From positions 1 to 42,851 of the IMG/VR virus record IMGVR_UViG_3300048856_000021: a stretch of DNA of 42,851 nt; one strand, written 5' to 3'. Below the pieces are notes generated by a model. The model was not told the origin of the DNA. It was given only the letters and a program-made list of their open reading frames with translations, and did not search any database. The translations under genes and the position numbers were made by a program. Shown here piece by piece: positions 36,020 through 42,518 of the stretch (its first letter is position 1; each line of letters begins with the position of its first letter). This DNA comes from a virus. Lineage: Duplodnaviria; Caudoviricetes.

Positions 36020-36279
36020 CGCTGCACCCCGACTCGTTCGGTGAGGTCGCCGGCGGTGAGTGCCGCTGCGAGTTCGGTCGTGTACGCGGACAAGACGCCC
36101 TCGCGCTTCCATCGATCGGACAGCGCCCGCACCGCTTCGAGCTGGTCGGCAGCGGTGCGGAGAGCGGCGGCACCGTTCGTGAACTTCGGGCCGACGACGC
36201 CTTCCCCGTCCCAATCCTGAGCTTCCTCGTCTAGTTCGTCGGCCAGCCCTCGCATCTGCTGCGGGGTGAGGGCGATCAC
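36016..36279 (-). CDS. Hypothetical protein, paralog of the N-terminal module of 2066-2671
   Basis: ALRTAADQLEAVRA; GTGA overlap. Confidence 0.75.
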   Translation of the reverse strand: MIALTPQQMRGLADELDEEAQDWDGEGVVGPKFTNGAAALRTAADQLEAVRALSDRWKREGVLSAYTTELAAALTAGDLTERVGVQR

Positions 36280-36596
36280 AGCTCCACCGCCAGCCGTGGC
36301 TTGATGGCGTCGCAGGTGCGTACCCACCAGTCGTTGTTCTCGTGGGTGCCGACCTCGTACGGGTTCTTCAGCAGGTCGCCGTTGTACGCGGCGATCAGGT
36401 TCGCGGTGCGCTGCTCTTCGACGAGGGCGAGGGTCGCGTGGACGTTGGCTGCGGCGACGATGGCGGTCGAGTTGTCGAACGTCAGGTACTCGTTGAACTC
36501 GGTGGGGGTGAGTCCTTCGGGGCGGGTCAGCGTGAGCAGCCGTCGTGCTTCGGCGGTGTGCTCTTCTGCTGTCTGTGGCGCTCTCCTGGTCGTCAT
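36276..36596 (-). CDS. Hypothetical protein
   Basis: AGGAGG RBS; A.VHATLALVEEQRTANLIA. Confidence 0.8.
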   Translation of the reverse strand: MTTRRAPQTAEEHTAEARRLLTLTRPEGLTPTEFNEYLTFDNSTAIVAAANVHATLALVEEQRTANLIAAYNGDLLKNPYEVGTHENNDWWVRTCDAIKPRLAVEL

Positions 36597-36666
36597 GTTC
36601 TGCCTCCTGGGCATGTCGATGGACGCGCTCCCTCGGGTGGGGCGCGGTGGTGGTGGACGGCGGCGG

Positions 36667-36792
36667 TCAGTCGCAGTCTGAGATGTGGTCGACCTCGGCA
36701 GCGCGGGCGATCGCCTTACCGAGTGCCTCGTCGTCGAGGTCTTCGGTGACCCAGCAGGCGTCGCATCCGCAGAGGACGCCGTGGGCGGTCAC
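36667..36792 (-). CDS. Hypothetical protein, 41 aa, H...CGCDAC motif
   Basis: GTGA overlap with the upstream gene. Confidence 0.6.
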   Translation of the reverse strand: MTAHGVLCGCDACWVTEDLDDEALGKAIARAAEVDHISDCD

Positions 36793-37046
36793 GTGGCGGG
36801 CTCGAAGACGTCGGCGGCCCACTCGCGTCCGCGCCACGAGCCGTCGATGAATCGGAATCCCTTGTCTGCCCACTCAGGCGATGCCGGGTCACGGCAGATG
36901 ACCTGCCCCGATTCGTCGAGGCGCTGGTGCCAGTCGAACAGGGCAAGCCCCTCAAAGGTTCGGTGGCACTTGCCGCAGTGTCCCGTTCGGTTCCCGTGCT
37001 GCTTCCACGTTCGCCCGCAGGCACCGTGGGTGGTCAGCGCGCTCAT
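36789..37046 (-). CDS. Putative zinc-binding protein (FDxHR-like)
   Basis: CGRTW...HCGKCHRTF.....FDWHQ......C.DP. Confidence 0.8.
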   Translation of the reverse strand: MSALTTHGACGRTWKQHGNRTGHCGKCHRTFEGLALFDWHQRLDESGQVICRDPASPEWADKGFRFIDGSWRGREWAADVFEPAT

Positions 37047-37213
37047 GCGGCCACCCCCAGCATCGCGAGGACGTCAGCCGGATCGCCCGGGCAGGTGGCC
37101 AGGACGAGCCGGCGTGCTGCCTGCTTCTCCCCATCGGTGAGGACGAACTCGGGTCGCGGGTCCACGGAGGACAGGTCGGTGGGGCCGGTGAAGCCGGTCA
37201 TCGTGGGGCTCAA
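37043..37213 (-). CDS. Hypothetical protein
   Basis: TTGA/ATGA coupling; start could also be the ATG at 37201. Confidence 0.6.
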   Translation of the reverse strand: MSPTMTGFTGPTDLSSVDPRPEFVLTDGEKQAARRLVLATCPGDPADVLAMLGVAA

Positions 37214-37383
37214 CGGTCCACCCCTGGTGCGTTCACGACGGCGTGGACACGGAGGACCGCTGCGACGAACAGGACGACGACAGCCCACACGAGGACCGGC
37301 CACAGGAGCGACACGGTCTGGACGCCGGACGCGAACACGGCGGCGACGAGCGACAGGTACAGGAGGACGGCGGCGGTCTTCAC
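37210..37383 (-). CDS. Small 2-TM membrane protein
   Basis: MKTAAVLLYLSLVAAVF...LWPVLVWAVVVLFVAAVL; GTGA overlap. Confidence 0.65.
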   Translation of the reverse strand: MKTAAVLLYLSLVAAVFASGVQTVSLLWPVLVWAVVVLFVAAVLRVHAVVNAPGVDR

Positions 37384-37490
37384 AGCGCACCCCCGCAAGC
37401 GATGCCGACAGCGGCGACGACGAGCGTGACACCGACGAGGGCGAGGAAGGCGCCGATGATGCGGTTCTCGAACCGCTCCTGCCGGGTCAC
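37380..37490 (-). CDS. Small 1-TM protein, 36 aa (not in ORF track)
   Basis: MTRQERFENRIIGAFLALVGVTLVVAAVGIACGGAL; GTGA overlaps on both sides. Confidence 0.6.
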   Translation of the reverse strand: MTRQERFENRIIGAFLALVGVTLVVAAVGIACGGAL

Positions 37491-37693
37491 GACTGCGGCC
37501 TCTCCGACGGGAGGGACGCGAGCCAACGCTCACCCTCAGCCTTCGTGATGAGCGGCTTCATCTTCGCCGGGTACGACGCGATGAGGTCGCCGGCGCTGAT
37601 CGCTTCGCGGACGGTCGTGACGGAGAGGTCGACGGCCTTCGCGAAGTTCGGGATGGAGTACGCGAGCTTGTCGAGTACGGGGGTGTCGCTCAT
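37487..37693 (-). CDS. Excisionase-like winged-HTH protein
   Basis: AYSI..FA.AV.LS...V..AI..GDL.A......LI......WL.SLP. Confidence 0.75.
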   Translation of the reverse strand: MSDTPVLDKLAYSIPNFAKAVDLSVTTVREAISAGDLIASYPAKMKPLITKAEGERWLASLPSERPQS

Positions 37694-37902
37694 GCTGCGG
37701 CTCCCATCAGTTCGTGGTGGGGCTGGCCGAGCGCGAGCGCGATGCGGTCGAAGTGGTCGAGGTCGAAGGCGACGGTGCCGTCGAGTTCGTCGGTGAGCAG
37801 GGTTACGGTGATGCCTGTGGCGGCTGCGAGGTCAGCGTCGGTGCGGTTCATGGACTGCAGCGACTGCCTGATCTTCCTGCCGGTGAGTGTCGGGTGCGTC
37901 AT
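37690..37902 (-). CDS. Cro-like XRE HTH regulator (probably leaderless)
   Basis: DLAAATGITVTLL..L.G...F......IA.ALG; divergent from the repressor. Confidence 0.8.
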   Translation of the reverse strand: MTHPTLTGRKIRQSLQSMNRTDADLAAATGITVTLLTDELDGTVAFDLDHFDRIALALGQPHHELMGAAA

Positions 37903-37909
37903 AAGAGCA

Positions 37910-37938
37910 ACAGTACGCGTCACTTGTGACGTGTGCAA
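37910..37938 (-). promoter_or_regulatory. Early lytic (cro) promoter with palindromic operator in the spacer
   Basis: TTGCAC-N17-TACTGT-N7-ATG; CGTCAC-TT-GTGACG palindrome at 37918-37931. Confidence 0.75.
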
Positions 37939-37980
37939 GCACGCACGGACGTGTTTCGTGTCGTTTTAGCCGCATAGCGC

Positions 37981-37989
37981 TGCTACTCT
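37981..37989 (+). promoter_or_regulatory. Repressor promoter (extended -10, leaderless)
   Basis: TGC-TACTCT 6 nt upstream of GTG 37996; no RBS. Confidence 0.55.
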
Positions 37990-37995
37990 GACGCA

Positions 37996-38388
37996 GTGCA
38001 GAACGACGACAAGCAGATCAGCGCGCTCAACCGCGCCATGGCCGCAGTGCTCCGCGGTGCGATGGCATCCGAAGGGATCAGCCAGGCGCAACTCGCGGAG
38101 AAGACTGGCTACAGCCTGGCCACGATTCAGCGGAACCTCGCCGGGAAGAACAAGTTCAACATCGACCAGGTCGAGAAGATCGGTGCTGCACTCGAGGTGG
38201 AACCGGGTGAGCTGATGCGCCGCGCAGTCGAGTGGCGCTCAACGCGAATGTCAGAGGCTGCCCCGGACAATGTGACCCAGCTGCAGCCCCGGAAGCGCGT
38301 CGAAGACATGACCGTCGAAGAGATCGAGCAGCTGAACCACGCGGCCACCGTCGACCCTGAGATGGATGAGCCGGAACAGTTCGATTAA
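37996..38388 (+). CDS. Immunity repressor, XRE-family HTH
   Basis: GISQAQLAEKTGYSLATIQRNLAGK...I..AL; divergent from cro and upstream of the ImmA-like gene. Confidence 0.88.
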   Translation: MQNDDKQISALNRAMAAVLRGAMASEGISQAQLAEKTGYSLATIQRNLAGKNKFNIDQVEKIGAALEVEPGELMRRAVEWRSTRMSEAAPDNVTQLQPRKRVEDMTVEEIEQLNHAATVDPEMDEPEQFD

Positions 38389-38406
38389 CCACCGACTGGG
38401 GGGACC

Positions 38407-38769
38407 TTGTACGACCCGTACCAACACGCAGCAGAGCTCGGCATCACTGTCCTGCACCGGCCGCTGCGAACCGCGCACGAGATGTGGCTACCCGACCACA
38501 ACATCATCGTCGTGAAGGACCGCCTCCGTGCCGTCCACGACCGGTCAGCGCTCGCCCACGGCATCGCCCATGCAGCGCTCGGTCACCCCGATGACCGGCC
38601 GAAGCATGAAGTGCAGGCGGACCGGTATGCAGCTGAGCGCCTGATCGATGAGGACCAGGCGCTCGAGCTGTGCAGGTGGACGCAGGACCCGGCGAGGATC
38701 GCTGCGGAGTTGGGTGTGTCAGGGCGTCTGTGGAGAGTGTGGGCGAACACCCACCGGCAGGTCGCCTGA
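38407..38769 (+). CDS. ImmA/IrrE-family metallopeptidase-like protein lacking the catalytic Glu
   Basis: YDP..HA..LGI.V, R..LAHGIAH..LGH......E.QAD.YAA.RLI; HExxH reads HGxxH. Confidence 0.85.
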   Translation: MYDPYQHAAELGITVLHRPLRTAHEMWLPDHNIIVVKDRLRAVHDRSALAHGIAHAALGHPDDRPKHEVQADRYAAERLIDEDQALELCRWTQDPARIAAELGVSGRLWRVWANTHRQVA

Positions 38770-38913
38770 TGGTCCTTGCTGCTCGCGCACGTGCCGTTCG
38801 ATGGCATCCGCGAGCACCGGCCACTCGCTCCGTAGTCGTGCGATCTGCGCGTCGTGGTAACGCGGGTGTGAGCCCTTGTCGAGCCAAGCCTGGGTGATCG
38901 CGTCCCCACTCAT
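38719..38913 (-). CDS. Hypothetical protein, last gene of the integrase operon
   Basis: GGAG RBS and ATGA overlap; 3' end overlaps the ImmA-like gene convergently. Confidence 0.65.
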   Translation of the reverse strand: MSGDAITQAWLDKGSHPRYHDAQIARLRSEWPVLADAIERHVREQQGPSGDLPVGVRPHSPQTP

Positions 38914-39278
38914 GCTGCTTCTCCTTGCCGAACCTTCTGCATGACGTCTTCCGCTGAGACCACGACCTCGATGTTCTCGAGCGGGTGTGATAACTCAGGG
39001 TCGCGCCAGTCCACCTCTGCGCCATCTATCCGGCGTGCGCGGATGGGGTTGTGGAGCGTCTCCATCACCGCGACTTCCACGTCCCAGTCGGTGAGCTCAG
39101 GAACGAGCCGCTCTCGGACGAGATTGATGAGCAGGTCATGATGCTGGTTTGAGACGCGTTCGGCGTCGGCAGCGGGCAGGTTGTCCCACGCCCAGTCGAT
39201 CATCAAGTCTCCGTCGGAGAAGCCCCACTTGCTGAGCAGGCTTCCACCGTCCAAGCGGAGCGGTGCTGGCGTCGTCAT
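38910..39278 (-). CDS. Hypothetical protein
   Basis: LLSKWGF.DGD...L..LVR..L.P.L......ET.HNPIRA..IDG; coupled to integrase. Confidence 0.8.
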   Translation of the reverse strand: MTTPAPLRLDGGSLLSKWGFSDGDLMIDWAWDNLPAADAERVSNQHHDLLINLVRERLVPELTDWDVEVAVMETLHNPIRARRIDGAEVDWRDPELSHPLENIEVVVSAEDVMQKVRQGEAA

Positions 39279-40591
39279 GCTGCTTCTCCCTCGTCCTTGC
39301 GTTCGATCGTACGGTCCGGCCGCGTCAACGGCAGGTACGCCCGCTGCAGTGCCTCCCGGAGCACGTCCCGGTTCTGCCGTGACCGGTAGTGGCGGGACAT
39401 CACGACGGTCGAGTGGCCGACGATGTCGATGATCGTCATCTCATCCACGCCCGCCGCGTACAGCAGGTCCACCGTCGTGTTCCGGGCAGTGCGGAGTTGC
39501 GCGTCTTGCACGCCGGCACGGTTCAGGACGTCATGCCAGTACGCGTTGTCCGTGGACGGGTCGATCGGGGAACCGTCGAGCTCCACCCCGCCCGGGGCGC
39601 GTTTCGGTTCCGACGTCCACAACAGTCCGTGAGGGTTCGGTTCCAACCGGGCTGCTTCCACCCGTCGTTCGATGATGGACCGCAGTGGGTCGACGAGGGG
39701 GATGATCCGCCAGCCCGACTTCGACTTCGGCCGCGACAACCACAGCCCGCCGGTCAGGTGCCGGTACTCCCGATCCTCGGGGGCGTTGAGGTGCCGTTCC
39801 GGGCATTCCGCGCCACGCTTCGCACCGCAGTGTGGTTCCCACGGCTTCGACGGGTTGCAGCCATGCGACCAGGAGAACCGCTTCAACTGCCACGACAGGT
39901 CCAGCTCGTCGGTGACACGGTCCAGTTCGATGCCGAGCACTTCCCCCTGCCGGGCTCCCGCGAGGAGCGCAGTCGCAACACGGGAGCCCAGCCGCTCATG
40001 AGCGACGGCCTCGAGGACCCGGATGCCGCCGTTCACGTCGAGGCGGGGGAGCTCTACCTTCTTCTTCTTCGGCTGGTCCACCAACGTGGCGACGTTCCGG
40101 GAGACACGTCCTTCCCGGACAGCGTCGCGGAGGGCGAGGCGGAGAACCGCGTGCGCCTGCTGAGCGCTCGATCCTGCGAGACCCTTCCCGCGGATGTATT
40201 CCTCCACCTTCCGCACATGCTGCGGGGTGAGCTTGTCGAGACGGGTCTTCCCGACCGCCGGCACGATGTACTGCTCAATGCTCGTCCGGTACGACGCGAT
40301 CGTCTTCGGGGCGATCTTCTTCGAGTGGATGTGCGCGAACCAGTACCGGATCCACGACTCCAACGTCTGCGACGCGGTCGGCATGTCACCGATGTCCGCG
40401 AGGTCTTTCTGCAGCCGCTTCAACTCCGCGACGACGGTGGCCTTGTTCTTGTTGCGGACGAACTTCCGGCGCCGCTTCCCCGACGACGACGGCAACTCGA
40501 TCACCGCCTGCCAGTACTTCAACGGCAGCGACGTGTCCTTCGGAACACGGAACAGGGCGCCCTCACCAGCACCACGCTGAATCGCACCCAT
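39275..40591 (-). CDS. int: Tyrosine integrase with Cys/His-rich insertion
   Basis: N-terminal arm-binding-like segment, SAM-like core-binding domain, GARQGE (R), PKS (K), RTAR (HxxR variant), VGHS (H), RHY (Y). Confidence 0.93.
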   Translation of the reverse strand: MGAIQRGAGEGALFRVPKDTSLPLKYWQAVIELPSSSGKRRRKFVRNKNKATVVAELKRLQKDLADIGDMPTASQTLESWIRYWFAHIHSKKIAPKTIASYRTSIEQYIVPAVGKTRLDKLTPQHVRKVEEYIRGKGLAGSSAQQAHAVLRLALRDAVREGRVSRNVATLVDQPKKKKVELPRLDVNGGIRVLEAVAHERLGSRVATALLAGARQGEVLGIELDRVTDELDLSWQLKRFSWSHGCNPSKPWEPHCGAKRGAECPERHLNAPEDREYRHLTGGLWLSRPKSKSGWRIIPLVDPLRSIIERRVEAARLEPNPHGLLWTSEPKRAPGGVELDGSPIDPSTDNAYWHDVLNRAGVQDAQLRTARNTTVDLLYAAGVDEMTIIDIVGHSTVVMSRHYRSRQNRDVLREALQRAYLPLTRPDRTIERKDEGEAA

Positions 40592-40740
40592 CAGTCCACG
40601 TCCTTCTGGCAGGCGTGCTCAGGCGGCCAAGGTCCGGTGGGGTCGGAGTGGCGCTCATCCCAGCAGCGGAAGTGCATCGCGCCTCCGGATACGTGGGTAT
40701 CCGGCGAGCCGTTTCCGCAGCAGTCGCAACGGAGCATCAC
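40591..40740 (-). CDS. Hypothetical Cys/His-rich protein, 49 aa (not in ORF track)
   Basis: MLRCDCCGNGSPDTHVSGGAMHFRCWDERHSDPTGPWPPEHACQKDVD; stop overlaps the integrase start (TGATG). Confidence 0.65.
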   Translation of the reverse strand: MMLRCDCCGNGSPDTHVSGGAMHFRCWDERHSDPTGPWPPEHACQKDVD

Positions 40741-41186
40741 TCCTCTTCCCTTCTTGCTGGTGGCACCATGTCGGCGATGGACGTCGGGGCGACTGGTGTG
40801 TCTTCCTCCACGTCTGGGGGAACGACGTGGCCACCGTCAAGCGTGTGCCAGTTTGGGTCACCGGATCGGGCGCAGCACGGAGCCGTGGAAGTCTGCTGTG
40901 GATAGACCGCTCGCAGGCGACACGGCCAGCAGTATTCGGTTGCCCCGTAGCGGCTTCCGAGAACCCGCCCAGAATCGTCCGCGCAAGTCAGCCTGCTTTG
41001 CGTGGTGAACGTTTCACATGGTTCAGATAGCAGACTTTGCATGCTTAGGTTCGTCTCGGCGGTCGGGGTCGGCTGCGAGAGCAGGGCGCGGAGTCGACTG
41101 GGGACGACTGCCCCGCCGAACGCTTCAAGCTGGGCGGCGGCCAACTCCATCAGCGACACCGGCACCTGCACAGTCGGCTCATCCAC
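40737..41186 (-). CDS. Mosaic hypothetical protein
   Basis: GTG 41186 with GGAG RBS; internal repeated RLRA...Q.T.TA motif. Confidence 0.7.
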   Translation of the reverse strand: MDEPTVQVPVSLMELAAAQLEAFGGAVVPSRLRALLSQPTPTAETNLSMQSLLSEPCETFTTQSRLTCADDSGRVLGSRYGATEYCWPCRLRAVYPQQTSTAPCCARSGDPNWHTLDGGHVVPPDVEEDTPVAPTSIADMVPPARREEE

Positions 41187-41376
41187 GGTTCTCTCCAATC
41201 AGGTTCACGCCATCGTCCAGTGCGGCATCGACGGCTGCTTCGTACTCTGCGGCCTGCTGCGACCACACGAGGATGTCGGCTTGGGCGTTCTCGATCGCGC
41301 GGCGACGAATGCGTGCCTGCCGAGCGAAGTACGCAGCGAGCAGTGGGCGCTTTCCGATCAAAGGCCACCTAGCCAC
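41179..41376 (-). CDS. Hypothetical protein
   Basis: GGAG RBS; overlaps neighbours by 8 nt. Confidence 0.65.
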   Translation of the reverse strand: MARWPLIGKRPLLAAYFARQARIRRRAIENAQADILVWSQQAAEYEAAVDAALDDGVNLIGENRG

Positions 41377-41770
41377 GGTCGGCTCCGTTCTGGATCAGGG
41401 CGAGCAGCTTGCGGTAATGGTCAGCGAGGCGACGCAGCATGGTGTCCTGCCACGTCCAATCGCCATCACCGATGACGGATAGTGCACCGTCAGCCTCCTC
41501 GATCAGCGCCTTCGCCTCCGCGATCTGCTCGCGCGTCGGCGGGTGCGGGGAGGGCATTGCGTGGTGTCCGTCGCGGTGCGGGTGACGAGCGCCACACTCG
41601 GCAGCGCAGTCATTGCAAGACTCGTCTGTGGTCGGCACCGGGCGTTCGATGCGGTCCTCTGTGAACGTCGCGGTGATCTCCTCACGCGCCGACTGGATGT
41701 CGGTGAGTGTGCCGTACATCTGTCGTCCGTCTGCCGTCCTGACCACGGCTCGGTACTTCTGCTCCGTCAT
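41369..41770 (-). CDS. Mosaic hypothetical protein
   Basis: AAGGAG RBS; CxxC..C...H cluster; PTREQIAE. Confidence 0.75.
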   Translation of the reverse strand: MTEQKYRAVVRTADGRQMYGTLTDIQSAREEITATFTEDRIERPVPTTDESCNDCAAECGARHPHRDGHHAMPSPHPPTREQIAEAKALIEEADGALSVIGDGDWTWQDTMLRRLADHYRKLLALIQNGADRG

Positions 41771-41949
41771 GTCTTTCTCCTTCTTGGGCTTCCGCCCTGT
41801 CCTGTCCTCCTGTCGTGTGCAACCCAGACTCGGCAGGTGGGTCTCCTACGTCGGTGGTTGGTCGTACTGTCCACTTCTGTTCCCTTCGGTGCTTACTTCA
41901 CTGGTGGGGCGGGGGCTGATCCGTGAGCGCGGGTCAGCCCCTTCTTCGT

Positions 41950-42117
41950 CTAGTTGCTCTCGGCGAACTGCACGAGCACGTCGTGAGCGAGGGAGCCGAG
42001 TTCCTTGGCTGTCCAGTCGGTCGTGTCATCGCCGTGGACGGAGGCGTACGCGCGCTGGCATCGGGTTAGTTCGATGACGAACTCCTCGATGAACGCGGAG
42101 CGCTCGGGAATGGTCAC
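41950..42117 (-). CDS. Hypothetical protein, 55 aa (not in ORF track)
   Basis: AGGAGG RBS; MTIPERSAFIEEFVIELTRCQRAYASVHGDDTTDWTAKELGSLAHDVLVQFAESN. Confidence 0.7.
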   Translation of the reverse strand: MTIPERSAFIEEFVIELTRCQRAYASVHGDDTTDWTAKELGSLAHDVLVQFAESN

Positions 42118-42168
42118 GTGGTCCTCCTGTGGTGGTGCAAGTTCGTTCTTCCTGGTAGTGGCGACGCG

Positions 42169-42309
42169 TCAGCTTCGGGTGAAGACGCGGCGTGTGCGCT
42201 GGGGTGCTGGCGGCAGGTTTCGTGCCGCTGCGGTCTCCTGCGGGCGTGTTTGTGGTGCATCCGCCTCGTGTATCCATCGGTTTGTGACCGTACGGGGTCG
42301 TGCGATCAC
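42169..42309 (-). CDS. Possible leaderless 46-aa ORF
   Basis: GTG 7 nt after the TAGCGT -10; overlaps candidate integrase arm sites, so may be non-coding. Confidence 0.35.
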   Translation of the reverse strand: MIARPRTVTNRWIHEADAPQTRPQETAAARNLPPAPQRTRRVFTRS

Positions 42310-42316
42310 ATTGGAC

Positions 42317-42361
42317 ACGCTACACGTCTGAACAGCCGTTCGCAACGTCAGAAGTGACGTT
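42317..42361 (-). promoter_or_regulatory. att-proximal leftward promoter with operator
   Basis: TTGCGA-N17-TAGCGT; palindrome AACGTCA-GAAG-TGACGTT (42344-42361) overlapping -35. Confidence 0.7.
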
Positions 42362-42364
42362 CTT

Positions 42365-42414
42365 CAACTGACTCTTAATCAGTGGGTTCTCGGTTCAAGT
42401 CCGAGGGGGTGCAC
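42365..42414 (+). repeat. attR core (displaced 3' part of tRNA-Lys)
   Basis: 49/50 match to 621-670; lacks the tRNA 5' half. Confidence 0.96.
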
Positions 42415-42420
42415 CGCAGG

Positions 42421-42455
42421 ACGAACGCCCCGGCTCATCGAGTCGGGGCGTTCGT
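42421..42455 (+). terminator. Original host tRNA terminator (possibly bidirectional with yigZ)
   Basis: ACGAACGCCCCGGCTC-ATC-GAGTCGGGGCGTTCGT. Confidence 0.75.
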
Positions 42456-42518
42456 GCGTTCCGGGCAGGTTTCTGCGCCGTTGCGGAGACACGCCCGAGG
42501 TGTGCAGGAACCGCGGAT

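Noticed and set aside
37996-38388. Integration-dependent immunity (attP inside the repressor gene)
   Set aside because: The repressor is about 4 kb from att, is not split by it, and has no ssrA-like tail
39389-41008. 539-aa + strand ORF
   Set aside because: Antisense shadow of the integrase
41767-41874. Possible 35-aa Arg-rich ORF ending in an ATGA overlap
   Set aside because: Atypical codons (AGG/AGA-rich) and purine-repeat composition; cannot be told apart from a leader sequence
42365-42414. Second tRNA-Lys gene
   Set aside because: Only the anticodon arm to the 3' end is present, with no 5' acceptor strand or D arm; it is attR
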